The notes beneath the pieces were generated by a model. It was not told the origin of the DNA. It saw only the letters and a list, made by a program, of their open reading frames with translations, and made no database searches. A DNA stretch of 64,000 bases. It comes from an uncultured Fibrobacteraceae bacterium. Its GTDB lineage: Bacteria > Krumholzibacteriota > Krumholzibacteriia > LZORAL124-64-63. A program made the position numbers and the translations under genes. Shown here piece after piece: positions 50,909-61,087 of this stretch. The DNA is taken from contig CAYTFE010000002.1 of assembly GCA_964437115.1 (NCBI GenBank), forward strand, positions 65,262-129,261, written 5' to 3'. Position 1 is the first letter of the stretch. Each line of letters starts with the position of its first letter.

Positions 50909-52726
50909 GTGATAATTCTTTCTTTTCAGGAGCACATTATGTCAATCGAAACAATTCCCCAGTTATTTTACAGTGCTGTTCGTGAGCACAACCGACCAGA
51001 TATGTTTATGTATAAAGGTGACGACGGGCAATATGTTAATGTCTCCAGTGATGAGATGTTACGTAATGTAAGAGCAATCCGCCTTGCTCTTAAATCATTT
51101 GGAATAGAAAGTGGTGGCAAAGTTGCAATTCTTTCCGAGAACTGTCTTCAATGGGCAATAAGTGATTTAGCTATTCTGTCTCTTGGCGCTGCTGATGTTC
51201 CAATCTATCCAACTGTTCTAGAAGATACTGTTGAATATATTTTGAATGACTGTGGACCAACTGCAATTTTTGTATCTACAGCTGAGCAGGCTCAAAAAAT
51301 TCACAACATTCGACAAAATCTACCATTCTTGAAAGACGTATTTTCATTTGAACATGTAGATTTACCTGATGTTATGACTTTTGACAGATTGCTTGAAATC
51401 GGTAATACAATTGCTTCTGAACAGCCGCAAGAACCAACTGACGATATTGGGCCTGCCCAAAAAGATGACCTTTGTAGCATAATTTACACAAGTGGTACTA
51501 CCGGTGACCCAAAAGGTGTAATGCTCTCACATTGGAACTTTGTCTGCAATGTGCTGATGGTTGACGAAGAGGTCGATTTCAGTTCAATGGATAAAGGGCT
51601 TTCATTCTTGCCACTGTCTCATGTGCTGGAAAGAATGGGCGGATTCTACACAATGATGTATGAAGGTATAGGTATCGCTTATGCGGAAAGTGTAGAAACT
51701 GTTGCCGCAGATATGCAGATTATCAAACCATCGATAATGGTAAGTGTTCCTCGTCTATACGAAAAAATCTTTGATAAGGTCAATGCCAAGGCTATGGCCG
51801 GTAGTCCTATAAAGCGTAATATTTTCCTCTGGGCAAAAGCAAAAGGCCAGGAATGGGGCGAAAAAAAGCGAAATGGCGAAGCGATTCCGTGGTGGCTTGG
51901 ATTTCAATATAAGATTGCAGATAAATTAGTTTTCTCAAAACTGCGTGAAAAGACAGGCGGCAATCTGCAGCTGTTTATCTCTGGTGGTGCACCTCTGTCT
52001 CCTCATATTCATGAATTTTTCTATGCTGCAGGATTGATTGTACTTGAGGGTTATGGGTTAACCGAGACATCTCCTGTTGTGTCTTGCAACACTCTTGAGA
52101 ACTTGCGTATTGGCAGTATTGGCAAGGTTATGAGTAACACTGAGATCAAGATTGCCGACGATGGTGAAATCATGATCAAGGGCCCACAAGTGATGCTCGG
52201 TTATTACAATAATGCAGAAGCAACCAGAGAAGTTATTTCTGATGATGGCTGGTTTGCAAGTGGTGATATAGGCAAATTTGACGATGATGATTACCTCTAT
52301 ATTACTGATCGTAAAAAAGATATCATTATCACAGCTAGTGGTAAAAACATTGCTCCACAACCAATCGAAAACCTGTTCAAAAAGAACAAGTTTATTTCAC
52401 AGATAGTTGTGATTGGTGATCGCAAGCCTTACCTGACCGCTTTGATTGTGCCAAACTTTGAAAACCTTGAAGTGTGGGCAAAAAGCAAAAATCTAACATG
52501 GAGTAACTTTACTGAGTTATCTGAATTACCAGAAGTTATCGATAAACTTCAACGCGGCGCTGACAGGCACAACTCCAATCTACCATCGTTCAATACTATT
52601 AAGAAGTTCAGATTAATGACCGATGAGTTTACTCTGGAAAATGACGAATTAACTCCTACTCTGAAAGTCAAACGCAGGGTTATTCAGGAAAAATACAGTG
52701 CTCTTATTGATGCACTTTATGAGTAA
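50909..52726 (+). CDS. Long-chain fatty acid-CoA ligase (AMP-dependent synthetase).
   Basis: 605 aa with the AMP-binding motif YTSGTTGDPKGV. Confidence 0.8.
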   Translation: MIILSFQEHIMSIETIPQLFYSAVREHNRPDMFMYKGDDGQYVNVSSDEMLRNVRAIRLALKSFGIESGGKVAILSENCLQWAISDLAILSLGAADVPIYPTVLEDTVEYILNDCGPTAIFVSTAEQAQKIHNIRQNLPFLKDVFSFEHVDLPDVMTFDRLLEIGNTIASEQPQEPTDDIGPAQKDDLCSIIYTSGTTGDPKGVMLSHWNFVCNVLMVDEEVDFSSMDKGLSFLPLSHVLERMGGFYTMMYEGIGIAYAESVETVAADMQIIKPSIMVSVPRLYEKIFDKVNAKAMAGSPIKRNIFLWAKAKGQEWGEKKRNGEAIPWWLGFQYKIADKLVFSKLREKTGGNLQLFISGGAPLSPHIHEFFYAAGLIVLEGYGLTETSPVVSCNTLENLRIGSIGKVMSNTEIKIADDGEIMIKGPQVMLGYYNNAEATREVISDDGWFASGDIGKFDDDDYLYITDRKKDIIITASGKNIAPQPIENLFKKNKFISQIVVIGDRKPYLTALIVPNFENLEVWAKSKNLTWSNFTELSELPEVIDKLQRGADRHNSNLPSFNTIKKFRLMTDEFTLENDELTPTLKVKRRVIQEKYSALIDALYE

Positions 52727-53604
52727 TGAATAGAGAAACCAATTATTTTCTACGCCCGGTAGTCTGTACTGCCGTTGGCATGGTTGGCAACATCCTGCTG
52801 ACTCTTGTAAAACTAGCCATCGGGTTTTTGAGTGGTTCTGCCTCTCTGATTGCCGATGGCTTTCACTCTTTTTCTGACTTGGCTGGTGATGTCGGAGTAA
52901 TGATTGCTCTGAAAGCCAGTTCCCGCCCACCTGACAGAGATCATCCTTACGGCCATCACAATTATGAAACTCTGGGTGGAATGGCTGCTGCATTGCTGTT
53001 GCTCGGTACCGGGTTTTTCCTGGCCAGAGATGCAGTAGTTAATTTTGTTCATCATGAACACTATACTCCCAGCTGGATTGCTTTTTATGCAGCGATTGGT
53101 TCTGTGATTATAAAAGAAGCTATGGCGCGATATACAATTATTGCCGGAAAGATTCACAATTCACCTGCTCTGCGTGCTAATGCTGCTCATCACAGGAGTG
53201 ACGCTCTTTCCTCAATTGCCGCTGCGGTCGGAATTGCTGGCACAATTGCTGGCTGGCATTTTATGGATGGCCTGGCAGCTCTACTGATTTCTGCTTTGAT
53301 TCTGAAAATGGGTTGGGACCTGATTCAGGAAAACTCACAAATCTTGATGGACACAATGCCATCGGAAGAATTTATAGAAGAGGTCACTGGTTTCGCAATG
53401 GAAGTTAATGGAGTTTTAGCTGTAAATTCACTGATTTTACGACCGAAAGGCTCCATTTATCTTGGCGATATTTCTATTGCAGTTAATCCAGAGCTTTCGG
53501 TTACTGAAGGTCATGAAATTGCCCATCAAGTTGAAGAACATCTCCAAGCTCATGAGCATTCACTTGGTGGAGTTATGGTCCACGTTGAGCCATATATTAA
53601 TTAG
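52726..53604 (+). CDS. Cation diffusion facilitator (CDF) family metal efflux transporter.
   Basis: 292 aa with 6 TM helices, histidine/aspartate metal-site residues and a C-terminal dimerisation domain. Confidence 0.75.
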   Translation: MNRETNYFLRPVVCTAVGMVGNILLTLVKLAIGFLSGSASLIADGFHSFSDLAGDVGVMIALKASSRPPDRDHPYGHHNYETLGGMAAALLLLGTGFFLARDAVVNFVHHEHYTPSWIAFYAAIGSVIIKEAMARYTIIAGKIHNSPALRANAAHHRSDALSSIAAAVGIAGTIAGWHFMDGLAALLISALILKMGWDLIQENSQILMDTMPSEEFIEEVTGFAMEVNGVLAVNSLILRPKGSIYLGDISIAVNPELSVTEGHEIAHQVEEHLQAHEHSLGGVMVHVEPYIN

Positions 53605-54802
53605 GTCGTTTTCTTAAAGTTATATAAAAAGACTTTTCCTGTTCCTCTCTAATTACTACAACTTCTACCATTTCACCTTCAGAATGTTGTTGTAGAACTA
53701 GAGTGAGATCTCTGAGATTTGCAATAACATCTCCGTTAAATTTTGTCAGAACATCGCCACGGGTAAGACCTGACTCTTCAGCTGGGCTACCAGGCATAAC
53801 TCCTGACAGCTTAACTCCGCCTACACCTTCAACAAAGTCTGGAATAGTCCCGAGCCAAGCGCGTTTTTTACCATTACCTGAATGAACAGCTGGTTTGAGA
53901 TCACTATTACGCTGGTACTCAAAATTCTTAGTGTCTGTTAGTAACAATGTCGTCATTTGCTTCACAAGTTTTGAGACCTTTGCCAAGCCTTGATATTCAA
54001 TCAAGTCAGCTGTGTCTTCTGTAGAATGATATTGTGGATGCGGACCAGTAAAAAAGAACAGAACTGGTATTTCTATGGCATTAAAAGAAACATGATCACT
54101 TGCATCCCAGCCACCATCGCTCAATTGAAGGTCAAAGTTATAAGCATCGTCCAAACCTTTGAGCATTGTTCTGAATCTTGCGCAGCTACCAAGTCCACCT
54201 ACATATAATCTGTCATCGCGCAGGCGACCAACCGAATCTATATTCATCATTGCTACAATTTTGCTGTCTACTACTGGATTTGAGGCCAAATATGATGAGC
54301 CAAGTAAACCGATTTCTTCACCTGCAAAAAAAGCAATCAGGAGTGATCGATGTGAGCTATTCAGCTCTGCAAGATCGCCAATTACTTGCAATACAGAGAC
54401 AACTCCCGAAGCGTTATCTTCAGCACCATTATAGACGCCAGAAACTTCATTATAGTCGTTATATGCGAGTCCCAAGTGGTCGTAATGTGCACCGATAAGA
54501 ACAATTTCATTGGCCAAATCGCCTGATCCAGGAATCCAACCAAGGACATTGCGCCCTTGCAAATTAGAAAAACCTTCGCCATAAAGAGGGAAATCCTGGA
54601 ACCTGTTTTCCATTCCTGGAACTAATTTGATGTTCTGGGTATCCATCCAGTATGCTATTGAATCTGCTGCAACAAGAGCTGACTTGGTGCCATTACCTCT
54701 GCCTTGTAACTGATCACTGGCTAAAGTTTTGAGAGCAGTTTCCATATCGAATGCTTGTACATTTACAGCAAGTAGAATCAACAATAACACGACTCGTAAC
54801 AT
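53597..54802 (-). CDS. M28-family aminopeptidase with a C-terminal PDZ domain. The ORF-track start at 54952 is probably too far upstream.
   Basis: The signal peptide begins at an internal Met (MLRVVLLLILLAVNVQA). The M28 zinc site is HYDH...D...EE. The C-terminal PDZ is GVKLSGVMPGSPAEESGLTRGDVL. Confidence 0.7.
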   Translation of the reverse strand: MLRVVLLLILLAVNVQAFDMETALKTLASDQLQGRGNGTKSALVAADSIAYWMDTQNIKLVPGMENRFQDFPLYGEGFSNLQGRNVLGWIPGSGDLANEIVLIGAHYDHLGLAYNDYNEVSGVYNGAEDNASGVVSVLQVIGDLAELNSSHRSLLIAFFAGEEIGLLGSSYLASNPVVDSKIVAMMNIDSVGRLRDDRLYVGGLGSCARFRTMLKGLDDAYNFDLQLSDGGWDASDHVSFNAIEIPVLFFFTGPHPQYHSTEDTADLIEYQGLAKVSKLVKQMTTLLLTDTKNFEYQRNSDLKPAVHSGNGKKRAWLGTIPDFVEGVGGVKLSGVMPGSPAEESGLTRGDVLTKFNGDVIANLRDLTLVLQQHSEGEMVEVVVIREEQEKSFYITLRKRPN

Positions 54803-54882
54803 TAAATGTCTCCTCTGGCAATCATCCGATCTCTGAGCTATAATCAATTCAACAGTAACGTCTGAAACAAGGAACGGCAATA

Positions 54883-56214
54883 GTGACATACCCCAAACTT
54901 CCACCAAAAGCTGCAACCGCTGTAGGTGTGATAAAAGCCCTCTCAGATGCAAACTTTACTGCTCATCTGGTTGGTGGTGCAGTTCGAGATTTATTGCTGG
55001 GGCTTCCTGCGGGGGATTTTGATGTAGCAACAAATGCCACCCCTGAACAAGTTTCAGAATTGTTTACAAATACACATTTTGTTGGTGCTTCGTTCGGTGT
55101 GACTCTAGTCAATATCGATGGAGAAAACATAGAGGTTGCCTCCTGGCGGACTGAAAGCTCATACAAAGATGGCCGCCATCCAGACCAGGTCTCTTATTGT
55201 GACAATCTTGAAAATGATGCTGCACGCAGGGATTTTACTGTCAATGCTCTTTACCTTGATTCAATTAATAAACAAATCATCGATCCTGTTAATGGATTGG
55301 CTGATATAGAGTCAAAAGTGCTACGTGCTGTTGGTAATCCTGACCAGAGGTTCAGTGAAGATGGTTTGCGCCTGCTTAGAGGAGCAAGGCTTTCCGCTGC
55401 TTGTGGACTGGCAGTTTGCAAGGATACAAAAGCAGGAATGAAGAGAAACTGCAAAATGATTGATGCTGTAAGTAAAGAGCGAATTGGCATTGAACTTACG
55501 AAACTTATCACCGGGCCAAATCCCACTGCTGGGTTAGAACTGCTAAAAATTACTGATGTACTTGAACAGGTTATTCCGGAATTATTACAGCTCGTTGATT
55601 TACCTCAACCAGCTGCTTATCACCCTGAAGGATGTGTCTGGACTCATACAATGCTTGCTTTGGAATCCTTGAATGAACCAACCCCTGCATTAGCTTTTGC
55701 AACTCTGTTTCACGACATCGGAAAACCGGATACAATTACTGAAAAAGACAGAATACGATTCAACTGCCACGCTGAAGTTGGTGCAAAAATAGCCAGGGCA
55801 ATTTGTCAAAGACTAAAACTCTCCAATGCACTCACACTGCGCATTACAGAACTGGTTAAACAGCATCAGAGCTTCCTGAATGTCAAAGAGATGCGCCCTT
55901 CAACATTAAAGCGCTTTTTCCGACAGGATTGTTTTACTGAATTATTGGCACTTCACAAAGCAGATCGACTTGGTGGTAACGGTAACCTCGAAATTTGGCA
56001 GTGGTGCAAACAAAAGCATGAATCTTTTAACGAAGATCAGTTACAACCGGTACCGTTGCTGACGGGCAATGATTTATTGAATCTTGGGATACCTCAAGGC
56101 ACTCATTATAAAATAATATTGGAAGAACTTGAAACAGCACAGCTTGATGCCAAAGTGTCCGATAATAAAGAGGCCATTAAATTCGTTATGAAAAAATGGA
56201 AGAAGTTGAGTTAA
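54883..56214 (+). CDS. cca: CCA-adding tRNA nucleotidyltransferase with an HD domain.
   Basis: 443 aa with a head domain (GGAVRDLLLG...DFD) and HD (LFHDIGK). Confidence 0.8.
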   Translation: MTYPKLPPKAATAVGVIKALSDANFTAHLVGGAVRDLLLGLPAGDFDVATNATPEQVSELFTNTHFVGASFGVTLVNIDGENIEVASWRTESSYKDGRHPDQVSYCDNLENDAARRDFTVNALYLDSINKQIIDPVNGLADIESKVLRAVGNPDQRFSEDGLRLLRGARLSAACGLAVCKDTKAGMKRNCKMIDAVSKERIGIELTKLITGPNPTAGLELLKITDVLEQVIPELLQLVDLPQPAAYHPEGCVWTHTMLALESLNEPTPALAFATLFHDIGKPDTITEKDRIRFNCHAEVGAKIARAICQRLKLSNALTLRITELVKQHQSFLNVKEMRPSTLKRFFRQDCFTELLALHKADRLGGNGNLEIWQWCKQKHESFNEDQLQPVPLLTGNDLLNLGIPQGTHYKIILEELETAQLDAKVSDNKEAIKFVMKKWKKLS

Positions 56215-57857
56215 TAACCTGCAGCTTTGCCAACTCCCCTTTTGTCGCTGGCACCAGTTATCACTCCTGTTTCCGGATTGATAAATATCAGCTGAACATT
56301 TCCCATACTTAACCGCTGTTCAATATTGTGGCCCATTGTTGAGAGCTCGAGAATCGTTTCAGCAGTAAGTGATTCAGGTTCATACCAGAGAATATCAGGT
56401 GACCATTGGTAGTGAACTCTGCCAGCATCAACTGCATCCTGGGGAGCCATTTTATGGTCGAGAATATTCAGGACAGTTTGCAGAGTTGTTGTGATAATTC
56501 TGGATCCACCCGGGCTGCCTGTTACCAATCGAACCTGACCACTTTCCGTAATAATTGTTGGTGTCATGCTCGACAGCGGACGCTTACCAGGTGCGACAGA
56601 ATTTGCTTCACTACCAACCAAACCAAATGCATTGGGAACACCCGGAGCAGATGAGAAATCATCCATTTCATTATTGAGAATAACGCCAGTGCCATCTGCA
56701 ATCATACCTGAACCGAACGACAAGTTTATAGTTAACGTTGCGGCAACCGCATTGCCACGTGCATCTACAATACTGAAATGAGTTGTGTCATTACCTTCAA
56801 GGTCCTTTGGCTCGATTCCACCTGCTTCATTGACTGGAAATATTTTATTTAAAGAGATCAAAGACCGCTGTTTTGCAGCATAATCTCTGGAGATCAATTT
56901 TGTGATTGGAACATCATAATAATCAGAATCACCCAGCCATCGGCTTCTATCTGCGTATGCAAATTTCATGGATTCTGCCATCAGATGAACAGCTTCAATG
57001 CTATTATAACCAAGAGTTTCAAGATCGTATGGCTCGAGAATATTCAGCATTTGAACAATATGAACACCACCAGAACTTGGTGGAGGCATTGACCATACTT
57101 TATACTCGTGGTAATCGCCGTTTACAGTATCTCTCCACTTGGCCTTGTAGTTTGATATATCTTCGGCAGATAATAAGCCACCTGCATTTTTGACTGATGA
57201 AGCAATGGCAGCGGCAATAGATCCAGAATAGAAGTCGTGACTGTCTTGTGCAATTTTCTGTAACGTTCTTGACAGATCTTCCTGGACAAGAACAGTTGGG
57301 ATAACGCCATCCGGCATAAGAATAGATTTTGCCTCTGAGCTAAAGCGTTCGCAATTGTATTCAATCCTGGCGCGCAGCATTTCATCGACAGGAAAGCCGT
57401 TTTTTGCAATTGATATTGCTGGTTTTATCAATCTTTTCCAGGGCAAGGTTCCATAAAAAGCATGAAGTTCAACCAGGCCTCTGACGAGCCCAGGAACAGC
57501 AACTGAAAAAGGACCATCGATACTCATGCGCGGTACAATTTTACCATCGGCAAGATACATGTCACGAGATGCTTTTGAAGGCGCAGTTTCTCTGGCATCA
57601 AGTGCTCTTGCCATTTGTTTGTCGGCATCGTAACAAATGAAAAATCCACCACCACCAATGCCTGAGGAGTATGGCTCAACTACAGCCAGGACAAACGATG
57701 CGGTTATTGCTGCATCCATGGCATTTCCGCCATCGCGCAATACCTCAACTGCTGCCTCGGTTGCAAGTGGATGGGCAGTAACTGCCATGACTTGAACCCC
57801 ATCTGCAGCTAATAAACTTTGAACCGATAACAGGAAAACAAAAAGTAGTCTAAGCAT
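56211..57857 (-). CDS. ggt: Gamma-glutamyltranspeptidase. The start is the internal Met; the ORF-track start at 58118 is an over-extension.
   Basis: The signal peptide MLRLLFVFLLSVQSLLA is at residue 88 of the track ORF. The autoprocessing nucleophile TTHFSIVD is present. Confidence 0.8.
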   Translation of the reverse strand: MLRLLFVFLLSVQSLLAADGVQVMAVTAHPLATEAAVEVLRDGGNAMDAAITASFVLAVVEPYSSGIGGGGFFICYDADKQMARALDARETAPSKASRDMYLADGKIVPRMSIDGPFSVAVPGLVRGLVELHAFYGTLPWKRLIKPAISIAKNGFPVDEMLRARIEYNCERFSSEAKSILMPDGVIPTVLVQEDLSRTLQKIAQDSHDFYSGSIAAAIASSVKNAGGLLSAEDISNYKAKWRDTVNGDYHEYKVWSMPPPSSGGVHIVQMLNILEPYDLETLGYNSIEAVHLMAESMKFAYADRSRWLGDSDYYDVPITKLISRDYAAKQRSLISLNKIFPVNEAGGIEPKDLEGNDTTHFSIVDARGNAVAATLTINLSFGSGMIADGTGVILNNEMDDFSSAPGVPNAFGLVGSEANSVAPGKRPLSSMTPTIITESGQVRLVTGSPGGSRIITTTLQTVLNILDHKMAPQDAVDAGRVHYQWSPDILWYEPESLTAETILELSTMGHNIEQRLSMGNVQLIFINPETGVITGASDKRGVGKAAGY

Positions 57858-57858
57858 T

Positions 57859-58548
57859 TTACTCTTCCGGTAATAGCGTGTGCCATGATCTGGCGGCGAA
57901 ACAATATTTTGCTGCAAGATGAGCAAAGTGTGCACTGTTTTCAATGAGACGTTCTTTTTTGAAACTTGTAGTCGACATAATAATTGCCAGCAAGCTTGTG
58001 GTTTCTTCACTAACAGAAGTACGCAGAGAATCGCTGGTCGGTGAACCAAAGCCACCAACAGAATCGAAAAGCCCAAGCCTACCTTCAAGGTGGACTGGTC
58101 CTTTGCGGATACCAGCATATTCTTCTCCTTGCGTGCCTTTACGCAAAGTTACATCGCCTTCTATTTTATTGTAATCATACATTCCAATTGGTAGCAAAAA
58201 CTCGAGGCTGGCAAGATTGCACATATCCACAGCATTGGAGATTCTATATAAATCATTACCTTTGAGGACACGTCTAAGTAATGCTTCGCTTGAAGGTCTG
58301 GTGCGAGTAGGATCCACCCCTGTAGCACGATACAATTTCCTTGCTTCAGCAAGTCCTGGAATCTCCGAAGGTTTCAGATTTGCAAAAATAGTTTGAAGAG
58401 TCTTGGAAAATTCTGTGATTTCCAGCTGAACTCTTTCGCCATCACAAATTTTTACATGTTCAATAAACACTACGCCACATTGCAAAAAATCGCTGACTGA
58501 ATCATCCAGCGTGACAGTTTTGCCGTCTGGTAAATTTATGAAACTCAT
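57859..58548 (-). CDS. Hypothetical cytoplasmic protein, possibly B3/4-domain-like.
   Basis: 229 aa ORF abutting ggt. The domain assignment comes from memory only. Confidence 0.35.
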   Translation of the reverse strand: MSFINLPDGKTVTLDDSVSDFLQCGVVFIEHVKICDGERVQLEITEFSKTLQTIFANLKPSEIPGLAEARKLYRATGVDPTRTRPSSEALLRRVLKGNDLYRISNAVDMCNLASLEFLLPIGMYDYNKIEGDVTLRKGTQGEEYAGIRKGPVHLEGRLGLFDSVGGFGSPTSDSLRTSVSEETTSLLAIIMSTTSFKKERLIENSAHFAHLAAKYCFAARSWHTLLPEE

Positions 58549-59570
58549 TTGGTCTTATGCCGACCGTCAGAGCCGTACATATTGCTATAATATTCCTGGT
58601 AACTTCCAGATCGAACTCTTTCCCACCACTTGCGATTGTCCAGATACCACTGGACAGTTTCTTTTATACCGGTTTCAAAAGTATATGAAGGTTCCCAACC
58701 AAGCTCCTGTTTGATTAAGTTGGCATCGATTGCATATCGCTGATCATGTCCTGGACGGTCTTTCACGAATTTAATCAACGATTTATCTTTACCCAGCATT
58801 TCGAGTAATAACTCAACTATCTGAATATTTTCCATCTCGTTATTGCCACCAATATTATAAACAGCACCAGGTTTCCCTTTGGTTAAAACTGTATAAATTG
58901 CGTCACAGTGATCATCTGCATGCAGCCAGTCACGAACATTTTTGCCGTCGCCATATACAGGTAACTCTTTATCATCAAGCGCATTGGCAATCATCAACGG
59001 AATCAGCTTCTCAGGAAACTGGTAAGGTCCATAATTATTACTACAGCGAGTTATCATGACTGGAAAATTGAAGGTGTGGTACCAGGCTCGGCAAAAATGA
59101 TCCGCTGATGCTTTTGAAGCCGAGTATGGTGAATTTGGTTTAATCATACTTTGCTCAGTAAAAAATCCATCTTTGCCAAGAGAGCCATAGACTTCATCAG
59201 TGCTCACCTGTAAGAATCTTTTCACCGAAAACTCTTTGGCAACCTGCAACAGATTTTGAGTGCCAAGTACGTTCGTTTCTACAAATACTTTTGGACCATC
59301 AATTGATCTGTCTACATGGCTTTCAGCAGCAAAGTTTACAATCGCTTCAATTTTTTCTTCCTCAATAATTGATCTGACCAATTTACTGTCGCCAATATCT
59401 CCTTTTATAAATCGATAATTTGAATTGCCTTCACATTCTGTCAGATTTTCCAGGTTCCCTGCATAAGTCAACAGATCAAGGTTTATTATTCTATCCTGGT
59501 TCTTTTTCAAAACCTTGATAATAAAATTGGAACCGATGAACCCTGCCCCGCCAGTTACCAGAAGATTCAT
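58545..59570 (-). CDS. rfbB: dTDP-glucose 4,6-dehydratase.
   Basis: 341 aa with TGGAGFIGSN Rossmann and YxxxK SDR motifs. Confidence 0.85.
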   Translation of the reverse strand: MNLLVTGGAGFIGSNFIIKVLKKNQDRIINLDLLTYAGNLENLTECEGNSNYRFIKGDIGDSKLVRSIIEEEKIEAIVNFAAESHVDRSIDGPKVFVETNVLGTQNLLQVAKEFSVKRFLQVSTDEVYGSLGKDGFFTEQSMIKPNSPYSASKASADHFCRAWYHTFNFPVMITRCSNNYGPYQFPEKLIPLMIANALDDKELPVYGDGKNVRDWLHADDHCDAIYTVLTKGKPGAVYNIGGNNEMENIQIVELLLEMLGKDKSLIKFVKDRPGHDQRYAIDANLIKQELGWEPSYTFETGIKETVQWYLDNRKWWERVRSGSYQEYYSNMYGSDGRHKTK

Positions 59571-59571
59571 T

Positions 59572-60387
59572 TTACACCTTTTTTAGTTTACGAACCGCTG
59601 TCACAAAGTTAAGTACTTTTTCTGCGTCGACAACTGGATATCCAAATGGTCCTGTCGATTTCAGATGAGAACCGATAATAAATCCATCTGCATCACTGAA
59701 TTCATCCAGGTTTTCACAGTCCATTCCGCTGCCTATTAATAACGGACAATCAGGTATTGCTTCACGGGCAATACTTAATTCAGAACTACATGCTTTTGCG
59801 CCTGTTGATGAACCGGAGATAATAACCGCATCGGCTTTTGCTCGAAGTCGCAAGTCTCCTGCTTCGTCAGCTATTGGTCGTTCTGCCAAGGGTGCTGCAT
59901 GTTTCACACGGAGATCTGCCCATATTGCCACATCCTTGGCAATCTGCTCACGCAAGCGAAGTACTTCCGCAGCATCACCTTCAATCAAACCCTGATCAGT
60001 AACTACTGCTCCGCATAACACATTTACTCTGACGTAATTTGCATCGACGGCAGCGGCAATACTCAAAGCCGACTCTGCGTCATTGCGAAGTACATTAATA
60101 CCAAGCGGCATTGAGGGATGTCTATCTCTGACTGCTGCTGCTATCCTGGTCATCGATGCAACCGTCACTGGCGGAACTTTGGTGCGGAAGAAAGGCACAT
60201 CGTTATAGTTTTCCAACATAAATGCACCGACACCACCCTCCACCAACGCATCAGCATCAGCTATTGCAGCATTCATTACAGCAGTGAGATCACTATCCCA
60301 ACCAGGTGAGCCGGGAAGTGCGCGAAGATGGATCATGCCTATAACAGGCATGCCAATCTGTTTTTTGAAGTTTGTTGTATTCCACAT
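59572..60387 (-). CDS. BtpA/SgcQ-family TIM-barrel protein.
   Basis: ...KKQIGMPVIGMIHLRALPGSPGW... is typical of the BtpA N-terminus. The start was chosen at MWNTT rather than the ORF-track 60465. Confidence 0.6.
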   Translation of the reverse strand: MWNTTNFKKQIGMPVIGMIHLRALPGSPGWDSDLTAVMNAAIADADALVEGGVGAFMLENYNDVPFFRTKVPPVTVASMTRIAAAVRDRHPSMPLGINVLRNDAESALSIAAAVDANYVRVNVLCGAVVTDQGLIEGDAAEVLRLREQIAKDVAIWADLRVKHAAPLAERPIADEAGDLRLRAKADAVIISGSSTGAKACSSELSIAREAIPDCPLLIGSGMDCENLDEFSDADGFIIGSHLKSTGPFGYPVVDAEKVLNFVTAVRKLKKV

Positions 60388-60511
60388 ATTAAAATTATAG
60401 CTTTTTACTGCTCTTATGACAACCTGAAGAAGTTGACTGGATTTTATTTGGAAAATCGAATACATTCCCAGTTCAGAGATTTGCTAATTTTAAAGCCCCT
60501 CAGGAGATAAA

Positions 60512-61087
60512 ATGCAGATTATCCAGAATAAAGCTGGCTGGATCGAAGTTATTTGCGGCTCAATGTTCAGTGGCAAAAGCGAAGAGTTAATTAAAAGAGT
60601 TCGTCGTGCAGAAATTGCCCGGCAGCGTATACAACTGTTTAAACCTAAATTAGATGATCGATATGATGATAAAGACATTGTTTCACATAACCAGCAACGC
60701 CTTTCCAGTACTCCAGTTGAATCCAGCGAAGAAATCATGAAGCTGGTGGATGATAAAGTTCAAGTTGTCGGGATTGATGAAGCACAATTTTTTGATGGCG
60801 GTATTGTAGAAGTTTGCAACAAGTTGGCTAATCGTGGCAAAAGAGTAATTGTGGCTGGTCTCGACCAGGATTATAGAGGCGAACCGTTTGGTCCAATGCC
60901 TGTTCTTATGGCAATTGCCGAATATGTCACAAAACAGCTGGCAATCTGCATGAGGTGCGGCAATCCTGCCAACCATACTCAAAGGCTAACAGATTGTACT
61001 GATAAAATTGTTGTGGGAGCACAAGGAACATACGAAGCAAGGTGCCGCCTTTGCTATGAGATACCACTTGAAAAAGAAAAAGATTAG
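60512..61087 (+). CDS. tdk: Thymidine kinase.
   Basis: 191 aa with the P-loop [12 protein letters not shown] and a C-terminal zinc ribbon CxxC...CxxC. Confidence 0.85.
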   Translation: MQIIQNKAGWIEVICGSMFSGKSEELIKRVRRAEIARQRIQLFKPKLDDRYDDKDIVSHNQQRLSSTPVESSEEIMKLVDDKVQVVGIDEAQFFDGGIVEVCNKLANRGKRVIVAGLDQDYRGEPFGPMPVLMAIAEYVTKQLAICMRCGNPANHTQRLTDCTDKIVVGAQGTYEARCRLCYEIPLEKEKD

